Shown here: positions 1 through 11,108 of the stretch, one piece after another
Position numbering within the stretch: position 1 is the stretch's first letter
Layout: each line of letters starts with the position of its first letter
Source: Felis catus
Lineage: Eukaryota
Direction: 5' to 3'
Assembly: GCF_018350175.1 (NCBI RefSeq)
Contig: NC_058368.1
Coordinates: 213,716,001-213,780,000 of the forward strand
DNA: 64,000 nt
Program-made: the position numbers and the translations under genes
Notes under the pieces: model-generated
Databases searched by the model: none
Seen by the model: only the letters and a program-made list of their open reading frames with translations
Told to the model about the DNA's origin: nothing

Positions 1-103
1 ATCAAGGAATATATTTAATCAAGGAAGTGAAAGACTTGCACACTGAAAAGTATTTGGCATTGATGAAATAAACTGAAGAAGACACAAATAAAGGAAAAGC
101 TGT

Positions 104-225
104 GGGTGCCTGCGTGGCTCAGTCGGTTGAGTATCCGACTCTTGATTTTGGCTCAGGTCATGTTCCCAGGGTCATGGGATCAAGCCCCACGTTGGGCTCT
201 GCACTGAGTGTAGAGTCTGCTTGGG

Positions 226-260
<35 letters not shown>

Positions 261-346
261 CTCTCTCTCCTTCCCTCCCTCCCTCTGCCCCTCTTCCTGA
301 CTTGTGTGCTCTCTCTAAAATAAAAAAAATAAAATACATAAAAAAA
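104..346 (+). mobile_element. CanSINE inserted in L1
   Basis: tRNA-like head gggtgcctgcgtggctcagtcggtt, (CT)n, A-rich tail; L1 resumes after it. Confidence 0.95.
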
Positions 347-454
347 GAAAAGACATTCTGTGCTCATGGACTGGAAGAATCAATATTGATAAGATGTCCA
401 TACTACCCAAGCAATCTACAAATTCAATAAATCTCTATCAAAATTCCAATGGCA

Positions 455-643
455 GGGCACCTAAGTGGCTCAGGTGATTAAGCATCTGACTCTTGATTTT
501 GGCTCAGGTCATGATCTCTTGGTAGTGAGACAGAGCCCTGCATCAGTATCCACAATGAGCATGGAGCATGGTTGGGAATCTCTCCCTCTCTCTCTGCTCC
601 TCCCCATTCATGCTTTCTCTCAAAATAAATAAATAAACTTAAA
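455..643 (+). mobile_element. CanSINE inserted in L1
   Basis: SINE head and tail; TSD AAAATTCCAATGG at 440-452 and 644-656. Confidence 0.95.
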
Positions 644-738
644 AAAATTCCAATGGTATTTTTCACAGACACAGAACAAACAACTCTAAGTACTAAGTAC
701 TCTAAGTACTTTGGCTAGTCTGAGTAGCCAAAGCAATC

Positions 739-969
739 TTGAGAAAGGAGAACAAAGCTGGAGGAATCACACTCCCTGATTTCAAACTATATTACAAACG
801 TATAACAATCAAAACAGTGTGGTACTGGCATAAGAACAGACAAGTAGATCAGTGGAACAGAACAGAGAACCCAGAAATAAACCCACACATACATTGTCAA
901 TTAATTCATGACAAAGGAGCCAAGAATATACAACGGGGAAAAGATAGTCTCTTCAATAAATGCTGTTGA
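739..969 (+). pseudogene. Longest open remnant of L1 ORF2 (non-functional)
   Basis: Translation matches the conserved L1 ORF2 segment [13 protein letters not shown]...DQWNR.ENPEINP...[16 protein letters not shown]; premature stop. Confidence 0.9.
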
Positions 970-1490
970 GAAAATGGACAGCAACACAATATTGAAACTG
1001 GGCTACTATCTCATACCACACACAAAAATTAATTCAAAATAGATTAAAGACCTGAATATAAGACCTGAAACCATCCAAGAAGGAAATATAAGCAGTAAGC
1101 AACTTGACCTTGGTATTGGTAGTGATTTTTTGGATTTGACACCAAAAGCAAAGACAAACAAGAAGGACTACATCAAGCTAAAAAGCTTCTGCACATCAAA
1201 GGAAACCAGCAACAAAATGAAAAGATAACTTATTGGATGAGAGAAAATATCTGCAAATCATACATCTGATAAGGAGTTAATATCAAAAATATATAAAGAA
1301 CTCATAGAACTTAATACCAAAAAAAATAAAAATTTTTAAAGCTATTTTTAAAAATCCAATTAAGAAATGGGCAAATCTAAAAAGACATTTTTCCAAAGAA
1401 GACACAGATACATTAAAAGATGCTCAACATCACTAGTCACCAGATATATATATAGATCTATATCTATATCTATATCTAAGATATATATAT

Positions 1491-1587
1491 ATTTTTAAGG
1501 TAGGCTCCATACCCAACATGGCACTTGAACTCATGACCCTGAGATTAAAGTAGCATGCTCTACCGAGTGAGCCAGCCAGGTACCCCC
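1491..1587 (-). mobile_element. Short CanSINE (SINEC_old-like, no CT tract) with (TA)-rich tail
   Basis: Reverse complement ggggtacctggctggctcactcggtagagcatg...gagttcaag...; AT microsatellite at 1443-1492. Confidence 0.88.
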
Positions 1588-1995
1588 ATCAGAGACATAC
1601 AATGCAAAGCCACAATGAGATAACATCTCACACCTGTCAGAATGGCTTTTTCCAAAGAGACAAGAAATAACAAGTATTAGAGAGGGTGTGAAGAAAAGAG
1701 AATCCTTGTGCACTGTCGGTAGAAATCTAAGTCGGTGCACCCACTCTGAAAAACAGTATAAAAGTTTCTCAAAAAATTTAAAATAGAAGTATCATAAGAT
1801 CCAACAATTCCAATTCTGGATATTCATCCAAAGAAAATAAAAACAGTAACTGAAAAGATACATACACCTGCATCTTCACTGCAGCATTATTTACAATAGC
1901 CATGATATGGAAACAATCTAAATGTCCATCAGTGGATGAATGGGTAAAGTAAATGTGGTGTGTATATACAACGAAATAGTACTCAGCCCTTTCAG

Positions 1996-2131
1996 AACCT
2001 GAGCCCTGCATTGGGTCCTGCACTGACAGAGCAGAACCTGCTTAGGATTCTTTCTCTCCTTCTCTCTCCGCCCCTTCCCTGCTTACGTGCACACACTCTT
2101 TCTCAAAATAAACAAACATGAAAAAAAAAAA
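1996..2131 (+). mobile_element. 5'-truncated CanSINE in the L1 3' end
   Basis: Starts at gagccctgcattggg, then CT tract and A tail; L1 continues on both sides. Confidence 0.85.
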
Positions 2132-2479
2132 GGAATGAAATTCTGCCATTTGCAAGAACACAGATGGACCCTGAGGGCATTATGCTAAATGAAATGAAAT
2201 AAGTCAGACAGAGAAAGAGAAATTCCATATGATCACTCTTATATGTGGAATCTAAGAACAAACAAATAAAAAAAAATGCATACATACATAGAACAGACTG
2301 GTGGTTGCCAGGAGTAGGGGATTTGGGGGTAGGTGAAATAGGTGAAAGGAGTCAAAAGGTACAAACTTCCAGTTATTAAATAAGTAAGTCATGGGGACAT
2401 AATGTACAGCACAGTGACTCTAGTTAATAACACTCTATTGCATATTTGAAAGCTAAGAGTAAATCTTAAAAAGTTCTCC

Positions 2480-2590
2480 AACTCCTGAGTATATAATCAG
2501 TCTCTCCTCAAGGTTCTGGGGCAGATCTTCCTGCCCATGGGTCCTGTTTCCACGCTTTAATAAAATCACCTTTTTGAACAACAACAAAAA
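2480..2590 (+). mobile_element. ERV LTR U3/R end fragment with A-rich tail
   Basis: TATATAA near 2490, AATAAA near 2559, A-rich tail; interrupts the L1 3'UTR between gttctc and atcacaagaaaaaa; resembles carnivore ERV1 LTRs as recalled. Confidence 0.6.
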
Positions 2591-2766
2591 ATCACAAGAA
2601 AAAAATTTGTAACTGTATCTGGTGAGGGATGCTAACTAGTCTCATGGTGGTGACCCTTTCACAATATGTTCAAATACTAAATCACTATGCTGTACACCTG
2701 AAATTAATATATATATTGTATGTCACTTATACTTCAATAAAAATAAATTTTAAAAAATACAAACAG

Positions 2767-2996
2767 GTGGGAACACCTGGGTGGCTCAGTTGGTTAAGCG
2801 ACCGACTTCAGCTCAGGTCATGATCTCACAGTTTGTGAGTTCAAGCCCCACGTCGGGCTCTGTGCTGACAGCTCAGAGCCTGGAGTCTACTTCAGATTCT
2901 GTGTCTCCCTCTCTTTCTGTCCCTCCCCTGCTCATGCTCTGTGTCTCTCTGTCTCTCAATAATAAATAAATGTTAAAGAAAAAAATAAAAAAAAAA
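2767..2996 (+). mobile_element. Feliform CanSINE in the L1 A-tail
   Basis: TSD aaaaaatacaaac at 2752-2764 and 2991-3003. Confidence 0.95.
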
Positions 2997-3145
2997 TACA
3001 AACGGGTCAAGGTCTAGGTCCTCAAAAAGTTGAGAATCCAGTGTGGTCAGGAGCAGGAAGAGGCACCTCTTGAAAGGCACCTGAGAACTCAAAGGGCTCC
3101 TGGACAGAGCTGCCAGCAGAATGACGGACAAGACTCACAAAACTG

Positions 3146-3374
3146 GGATGCCTGGGTGGCTCAGTCTGTTAAGCCACCGACTCCGGCTCAGGTCATGATC
3201 TCGTGGTTCCCAAGTGCAAGCCCTGCGTTGGGCTCTGTGCTGACAGCTCAGAGCCTGGAGCCTGCTTCGGATTCTGTGTCTCCCCCTCTCTCTGCCCCTC
3301 CCCTGCTTATGCTCTGTCTCTCTCTGTCTCTCAAAAATAAATAAATGTTAAAAAGAAAAAATGAAGAAAGAAAA
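3146..3374 (+). mobile_element. Feliform CanSINE
   Basis: 16-bp TSD aagactcacaaaactg at 3130-3145 and 3375-3390. Confidence 0.97.
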
Positions 3375-4410
3375 AAGACTCACAAAACTGACGAGCCCCT
3401 GGTCTGCACAGTAACTGCTGTGGGCAGAAGGGACCAGACACGTGGAATGAGTTAGACGGACAGACAGGAGCTGGAATTAACAGAGTAATAAAAACAAGAG
3501 TGAATTCACCTCAGGAGCTGGAGCACTTTATAGGCATGAGGTTGGGCTGACTCCTTCTGACGCGGGGCCCACAGGACAACAGCCCAGTGCAGCTGGTAGC
3601 GGCGTGGGAAGGGGAGGAGCCGAGTCAGAGCTGACCTCCTAGGCGGTGAATCACAGCCTACACACACTGGCTCTGATGTTCCAGTTGGATTCAACTGATA
3701 GCAAAACCACCTTGACCATTCTCTTCCCCTTTGAGACTTGTCCTCAAGTGTGTGCTGAGTGTCCCGTCAGCCAATAAGCTGTTAGCCTCTGGGAACCACC
3801 ATTAACATATTCTTAATACATTGCAACGTGTTGGCTCTTGATGACGCTGACTTGATATGAAATAAAATTCTAAGATGTACATACTCGGTGGTGCTTTTCC
3901 TCCCTTTCTTTATATTTGCTTAACTAACTGGATTACTCATTGAATTGAGGGTCCTTCTAACTCTTGCTCCCGGGGGACGCTGTGTCTTTTCCTCTGCACC
4001 CAGCCTGGCGGCCGTGCTCCACTGACTCGGAAGGAGTGACTCCCCCACGTGGAAAGCAGTGCCCCACCTCCCACCAGCCTATAGTGAGGACAGCCAGGAC
4101 CAAGGTCACAAGCCAGCAGAGGCATGGGTGTTCTCACCCTGGGCTGTGGATCTTCAGGAAGGATGCACAGATGAGTAGTTTAGCTAGCTCTCAGCAGGTG
4201 GGCAGCACTGAGAGGCCAGAAGCAGCAAGAGGACATCCAGGGGTGTGTGGCAGGGCCACGGGTGCTAGGCCAGACTGGTGTCCCTTAGATCATCCCTGTG
4301 AAAGACCCTGGCTGTCATCCCACAGTCCACCCAGACTCCTCTTGTCTTGATCTCCCATTGACTCCTTGGGGTGCCTGATATACTTAAATTCTTTTATACA
4401 ATAAATTATT

Positions 4411-4821
4411 ATTATTGTTTTTAAATTTTTTATTTTATTATTATTTTTTTAGTGTAAACTTTATTTGAGAGCAAGAGAGAGGGCACACACAAGCAGGGGA
4501 GGGGCAGAGAGAAAATCCTAAGCAGGATGAATCCCGCAACAAGGGCTTGAGATCATGACCTAAACCAAAATCAAGAGTCAAATCTTCAACTGATTGAGCC
4601 ACTCAGGCACCCTTATTTTATTATTTTTGAGAGAGAGCGAGCGAGCATGAGCGAGAAAGAGGGGCAGAGAGAGACAGAAAGAGAGTGCAAGAGAGAATCC
4701 CAATTAGGCTCCACACTCAGTGCAGAGCCCAACGTGGGGCTCAGTTCCATAACCCTGGGATCATGACCTGAGCTGAAATCAAGAGTCAAATGCTCAACCG
4801 ACTGAGTCACGCAGGTGCCCC
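4411..4821 (-). mobile_element. Two tandem CanSINEs (4613-4821, with 4411-4612 inserted in its tail)
   Basis: Two SINE heads ending at 4821 and 4612; outer degenerate TSD at.caataaa.tatt; inner aataataaaataa duplicated. Confidence 0.92.
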
Positions 4822-5411
4822 TATCCAATAAACTATTTTTATGCTTCACTATTTTTAGGCTTTAAGCATCCAAAGAAGATGTTACTCCACCAAGCACTAG
4901 GTGTCCCCACAAGCCATGCAGCAGCCACAGGACCCCGTGTGGGCCCTGAGGGAATGGCTGGTCAGCACCAGTGTGAGGTCTTCCCAAGCTCCCCTCTCTC
5001 TCTTCATTTTACTTAATTATCCACCAAATAGTAACAAATAATAAAATTGGTGGGTAGTTGCTGGGGATGTGGTGATGAACAAGCTGGAACAGTCCTTACT
5101 CTCAGAGAGCTGACAGCCTTTCTCAGTGTGTACAACCGGTCTTTAGAAAAATTCTGAAATGTTCTCATTCTCAAAGATGTCTTATGTCAGTGGTAGAAAG
5201 CACGTGACCTCGAGCTCTGCACAGACACACGCAGATGCACACCAGGTCCCGAAAACACCCGGCCGCCTATCCCCAGAGTGCTTGACCTGCACGTATCTCC
5301 TTTTATTGCTGGCCTTGTCTTTCCCCATCAGAACTCTTCTCTGTCCCATTCCTATGAGGTCTAAATTATAGTCATTAACACGTGAGAGGCCAGCATTTTG
5401 ATACTCAAGGC

Positions 5412-5631
5412 TTTATTTATTTATTTTTAATGTTTGTTTATTTTTGAGAGACAGTGCGTGTGAGTGTGCAAGTGGGGGAGGGGCAAAGAGAGAGGGAGAC
5501 ACAGAATCGAAAGCAGGTTCCAGGTTCTGAGTTGTCAGCCAGAGCCTGACGTGGAGCTCGAATCCACCAACCGTGAGATCATGACCTGAGCCAAGTTGGA
5601 TGCTTAACCAACTGAGCCACCCAGGCACCCC
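5412..5631 (-). mobile_element. Feliform CanSINE
   Basis: ccaggcacccc head in reverse complement, GA tract, T-rich tail. Confidence 0.95.
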
Positions 5632-5768
5632 TAAAGCCTTTTTAAGTAATCTTTTTAAGAAGCATGGAGACAACAGTCTTCTGTAGCTAATACATAGGCC
5701 CCCAAATTTTGGCCCTAATTCTCAGAAAAGGAGTCCAAATGGGCAGTTGTATATGGCCACTTCAAATT

Positions 5769-5991
5769 ATTTTTTTTTAAGTTTACTTATTATTTATTTT
5801 GAATGAGAAAGAGAGAGAGAGAGAGAGAGAGCTGAGGAGGGTCAGTGAGAGAGAGGCAGAGAGAATCCCAAGCAGGCTCCAGGCTGTCAGTGTCGAGGCC
5901 TATGCAGGGCTTGAACCCACAAACCATGAAATCATGACCAGAGCCAAAACCAAGAGTCAGACACTGAAGTGACTGAGCCTCCCAAGTGCCC
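5769..5991 (-). mobile_element. CanSINE
   Basis: Degenerate TSD gccacttcaaatt / gccactttgaatt. Confidence 0.93.
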
Positions 5992-6321
5992 TGCCACTTT
6001 GAATTCTTAAGAGCAGTGGGTATTCCTGCCTGTTCTGCCCGTCTTCCCCCTCTTCTCCCTCACTGCACAGACCGCTTAGGCTATCTTATCCACTGCTAAT
6101 ATCTGCCACTCACAAGCTACTACTTCATTTCACAGAGAGATTGGCAAATTGTTTCTGAAAAGGGGGGGGGGGGGGCACAGCTTCCCTTCCCAAAGAAGCT
6201 ATCATTCACATTAGGTTCAGTCCTTTTTAAGAAGGTTTACACTGAAGGAATAAAATCTGTTAACTTCCGTTGTCCATTTTCCCCTGCAAAATACACAACA
6301 CATCGCTTAGAGGTGATGCAC

Positions 6322-6377
<56 letters not shown>
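6322..6377. repeat. (GA)n microsatellite
   Basis: Seen directly. Confidence 0.97.
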
Positions 6378-6381
<4 letters not shown>

Positions 6382-7134
6382 TCTAAAGTCTAGTGATGCA
6401 TGCACTTGGCGCCTTCGGGAGCCAAGAGTGCTCATAAGAGGAAAGAGGGAAACAGAATGCAGCTGTCTGATCAGCTTCATTGTACGCGGCATTTGCACAA
6501 AACAGGGTAACCTATGTTTGCTACCTTCAAACTCTGCGAGCACCACTTCCTCCAAAATGCTGGTCAAATGGCCATTGTAGACTTCCAGTCCAAAGAAACT
6601 TCTTCAGGCTTAATATTTCTGTTTCTACCCCAACTCATTCTTCTCATGTCATAATTTGCTCCCATCTACAATGAAAACAAAAACAAAAACATCCAGAAAC
6701 GGTAGTCGAAACGAGGCAGTTCATAACCCAACACAAATAAGGAGTTGTTGCTTGTCATGGATGATGAACTAGACCACAGGTTCTGAACGTCTGTGGTTTG
6801 TCCAGAGGGTGGAGCCTGGGAAACCTCCAAAGGGCGGCTGTGGATGCCGCTACCCTGTCATTGACTGCACTGCCTGTAATTTTCAAGCAGGATGCCCCAC
6901 ATCACACAACACCAACATCCTTCTCTGCGCTTTTTATAACATAATGCTGAGTTTTTGCTGAACAAGCCCTCACTTGTCCAAGCCTCAGTTAGTCTGTTGT
7001 ATAACATATGTAGATTGGTATTTTTATTGACTTTTGAAACACTCCAAATGTTGTTCAAGGAGGAGTTTGGTGTCATTTCACAGAAACACTTAAGTCATCC
7101 ACTGCAAACACTGGAAGGGACTAGCGATTTTGTA

Positions 7135-7272
7135 ATTTAACCTACTCATCTATCCAGTGCAGAAATGAGGCCAGGAGAGGTAAGTATCCCGTTTAAGTCT
7201 CTTCAGATCATTCCAGAAAGAGTCATAATCAGAATCCAGGCTCTCTGACTGCGGAACCAGAGCTCTTTTCAC
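7135..7272 (-). mobile_element. MIR fragment
   Basis: gaaatgaggccaggagaggtaagt...agaatccaggctctctgact core-like sequence. Confidence 0.6.
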
Positions 7273-8589
7273 TTGGAGAGACCAAAGTACAAGATTTAAT
7301 TTTTTAAAGGCACGCGCTATTGGCCATGGTAAGAGAAAATGAGAACGAGTTACTTAAAATACAGAAAGAAGGCAGAAGCCTGATGATAACCAATTAAGTT
7401 AACACAGCCTCCCAATTAAACCATCCATACAGAAGCCGAATTGTGGAATTTGAGTTCCTCTGCTCTTCTTCCAATAGAATTACTAATAAGCTGCTGGGAG
7501 ACCCAAAGGTGAAGAAAGAGGAAAAAAAAAAAAAAAAAGACATCCTAGAGACTTGAAAGTCCAGCCTCAGAGCCCCCAGGCTTGGCACAAAGGGATGTCC
7601 CTAGGCCCCCCTTTCCTCCAGTGGCCCATGGCTTCAGGGGACATTGGAGCCCCTCATCCCTGTGGCCCATATCAGGATGGGGCAGAGCGGGGGGGGGGGG
7701 GGGGCTCAAGTCCCTAACAGCTGTCCCCTCCTGAGGACAGCATGCAGGTCGATGAGTGACTGGTTGCCAAGGGCAGCCAGCAGAGGCTGAAAGGTACTGC
7801 ATTAAGCCCAGCATCATTATTATTAAACCTACAATTTAAAACCAATTATGCTTTGCAGAAGACTGCAGCCTCCATTTAAACCACTCCTGGAGGAAAATAA
7901 AAAGCCCGTTACACAGAGTTCAAGGCAAGCTACAGAAGCGCTTATGCCACATGAAGCTGGGATTCAAGCACAAATTAATAATCATAACCCTGGGGTTCCC
8001 ACTCAGAGAGAAGCAGAACAATGGAAAGCAAATGCTAGAGAATAAAAACAAAATGCAAACATCCTCCTTTTACCAAACAGCAGCTAGATTTCCTGGAGAT
8101 TTCAAAATAAATTTACTTACTTCACTCAGAGGGGGAAAGCCTGACATGTAAATCAGAGGTCCTGAGCTAGCAGCCAGGCTCTCCCTACAGTGCTGGCTGG
8201 AGGGGGGGCGGGTGGTGGTGGGAGGAATCACTGGCTAACATCTAGAAATTAGGATTCTCCATGTAAAAAGCCTGGACTTGCAGCTTCTCTTGACAAATCA
8301 GACTATCCAGGAATGCTGTGGCAATGACTATCCAGAACCATCCACTGCCTTCTGACACAGAACCTGTGCATCCTATCATCTCATAAAGGGTTACAAAAGA
8401 GTGGAATCATCCTTACAATGGCATCTCTATCAAAAATTTTCTTCCACTTGTCCCACTTCATTTATTTGTGTTCTCCATCTGACATATCTTAGATATTTGA
8501 TTGATTCCTATCCCAAATCTCCTTCAGGAGACAAGTATTCTGCAGCTGCTGAAACTATCGGTCATAAAGAAAGTCAGTTTTAATTTGAA

Positions 8590-8940
8590 TGATATTTATC
8601 AAGTGTCTACTGGGTTCAAGAGACCGCACTGGGCCTTGGGGGAGGGACTCAAAGATAATTAAGGCCCATCACTTCACTGTGGGCATTCCAGCTCAAAAGA
8701 CTGGGCAAAACCCTGGAGAATATGATGTCATGAGAAAGGCATAAACCACTATGGGGTTCAGAAGAGGCAGAAACCACATCTGGCTGGGACTTCAGGAAGA
8801 GCTACATGGAAGAAACAGCATTTGGAATGGGCTTCCAGGAAGGGTGGTATTTTGAAAAGTGAAGAAGGAAAGCAAGAGAGATCAGCAAGCACAAGGTGAG
8901 CATTTGCAAAGGCTCCAGGCACCAGGAGTGTGTAGGGAAC
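8590..8940 (-). mobile_element. L2 fragments
   Basis: atatttatcaagtgtctactggg...; gacttcaggaagagctacatggaag... resemble the L2 3' region in reverse. Confidence 0.5.
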
Positions 8941-9379
8941 AAGGAGTAACCCTCCCCCAAATGTGCATAAACTTGGAAACAGAGGAGTTGGGTTGTTCAA
9001 CTTCTGGGTTCTGTTCCCACCTCCTTCCTTAGCCCAACTCCTGCAGAGACAGAGGTTGGATCTTAACTCCCCGATGACAAATGAATGATGCAGAGGGGCC
9101 ACCCTCACAGTCTTTTGCAACAGGAACACCCAAACCACCCCCACAGATGCTGATGCCACAGAATCGGGTTCAGGCTCTATATTACCAATTGGCAGTGCTA
9201 GCTGCTGGTGGAGGCTGTTATTTAGCACAGCACCAACTGGGACCCAGGCCCCTGCTGGGGGATGCCCCTGTATGTGGCAGGGTCCCTGCCTTCATCAAAA
9301 GAAAACTGACAAGCAGAAAATTAGTAGTCATGTGGGTTTAGCATCATCTGTCTAGCCAGTTGCTTAAGTAAAAAGCCTT

Positions 9380-9940
9380 GGAATTCAGATTTGATTTCCC
9401 ATCGCATCCATCCTCAAAACCCACAGTCTCTGCCCTCAGAATGCATCCTGAGTCTAAACTCTTCTCATTCTCAGCACCAATGTCATCATCTCAGCCCAAG
9501 TACCCTAGGTCTGGACTGCTGTGAGAGCCTCCCCACTGGTCTCCTTGCTTCTGCCCTAATCCCCTAGAGTTGATTCCCCACACGGGAGGGAAGGTCAGGT
9601 TTATCATTCCACTCTTCTACTCAGAGCACCAAATAGCATCCCATTATACTTGGAATAGAATCTGAAGTCATCACAGAGCTTTCCAAGGGCTGCATAACCT
9701 TACCCCTGACCACCTCTTCCCCTCATCTGCTACCCTACTCTCTCTCTTCACTCCAGCCATGGTCATTCAGATATTTACCGAGTGCCTCCCAAGTGCCCAG
9801 CAACCACTAGGGCTAGCAACACACCAGGACCAGCGACCATGGGGATAGGGTCTTTGTCTACTTTGTCCACTGTAGTGTCCCCTGCATCTGGACAAGTGTT
9901 TGGCACATCACAACTGCTCACTATTTGCTGAATGACAGAA
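9380..9940 (+). mobile_element. L2 3' region
   Basis: ctggactgctgtgagagcctccccactggtctcc... ending ctcactatttgctgaatga. Confidence 0.7.
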
Positions 9941-10304
9941 TTAGGGGCGAATCTGTTGGGCCCTGCCCACATGAGCCAGCAAAGTTCAGAAAAGGAGGAA
10001 ATGGTTGAACCGAGGGAGGCAAAGCGAGGATGAGCTGGGCTCCAAGAGCCACCTGCCCACCTGCAATAGAGATAAAGGCAGACAGGAGGAAAGCCTTTTT
10101 CAGGTGGGAGAAAAGCCATGACCCAAAGTATAGAGGTGGGATCTAGGGTAGCAGGGCCTGGAGTATAGAAGTGGGATCTGGGGTAACAGGGGCTGGAGTG
10201 GGCAAACTGGCCCAGGTGAGCCTAATGGTCAGTTCCAGGGTAGGGTGGGGGAGGGGGGCAGCTTTCAGCCGAAGATGAAGCTGCAAAGGAAGAGCAGGAA
10301 GAGC

Positions 10305-10415
10305 TGCCATGGTTTCCAAGAGCCGGTCGCTTTAAAAATCACCTGCTGGACAGCACTCCATCTCCAGAAATCCTGATCCAGGTCCTGTATCTCTAACAGG
10401 TTTGGGAACCACTCT
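10305..10415. mobile_element. MER5-like hAT-Charlie relic
   Basis: catggtttccaag...aatcacctg...tttgggaaccact termini. Confidence 0.5.
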
Positions 10416-10925
10416 GCTGAGAATCCCGTAATCCTAAAGATAAACGACATCAGAGCAGGATGCCAATTTTCTAAGTAAGTCTTATACTCTTATGCAGCTG
10501 AGAACCTCTGCCAGAAGGGGAACCCGGGAGCTAAGTCTGGGGAATCCTGAGGGTGGAGAAAGCCCGTGGGGCAATCCAGGGACACTCAAGGGAATGCAGG
10601 GAGCAGCAAGATGATGACGTTGGAATCACACTGTCGCCTTCTTCATTCTTGAATCAGCCAGACATGATTGAGATAGAGCTCAGAGATAGACCCCTCTGAG
10701 CTTCGTTTTCTCATCCACTCACCTATTCTACTCATGGAAAAGAAACAAACATAAGTGGACCTACTAGGTGTCACTGATCTAAGCCAAGGGAGAAAACATC
10801 ACTCCTGCTACTCAAGGTGTATTCATTTCCACCAGGAGCCAGAAAAGCTGAAAAGCTGAACAGCTAAAAAACAGTAAACCCCACTTCACAGAGTTGTGGG
10901 AAGAGTTAAAAAGAGAAAATAAATT

Positions 10926-11108
10926 GAGGTGCCTGGGTAGCTCGGTCAGTTAAGCATCCGACTCTTGGTTTAGGTTCAGGTCACCATCTCACAGTTCATG
11001 GGTTTGAGCCCTGCGTCAGGCTCCATGCTGGCAGCACAGAGTCTGTGTGTGATTCTCTCTCACCCTTTCTCTCTGTCCCTCTCAAAATAAATAAACAAAC
11101 TTAAAAAA
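10926..11108 (+). mobile_element. CanSINE within a MIR fragment
   Basis: SINE head, CT tract, aaataaataaacaaactt tail. Confidence 0.93.

Larger units (their letters stand above)
1..2750 (+). mobile_element. Decayed LINE-1 3' portion (ORF2 C-terminal part plus L1MA9/carnivore-type 3'UTR), interrupted by 4 SINEs and an LTR fragment
   Basis: ORF2-like peptides (KEVKDL.TE, ILCSWTGRINI.KMSILPKAIY, ORF 739-969 [14 protein letters not shown]...[14 protein letters not shown]) with stops and frameshifts; typical 3'UTR ending tgtacacctgaaa...aataaaa near 2740. Confidence 0.95.

Noticed and set aside
1491..1587. tRNA-Lys-like sequence (also at 42181 and 61516)
   Set aside because: Degenerate SINE heads with A-rich tails and TSDs; not intact tRNA genes
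6524..6665. Strong minus-strand acceptor (ttttcattgtag) followed by an exon-like stretch
   Set aside because: Stops in all three frames and only a weak GTAGCA donor
6761..6786. C box (ATGATGA) and D box (CTGA) suggesting a snoRNA
   Set aside because: Only 26 nt apart, with no terminal D box or stem at snoRNA length
8758..9228. Longest ORF (156 aa, minus strand)
   Set aside because: Partly overlaps L2-derived DNA, has no recognisable domain, and its length is within chance expectation
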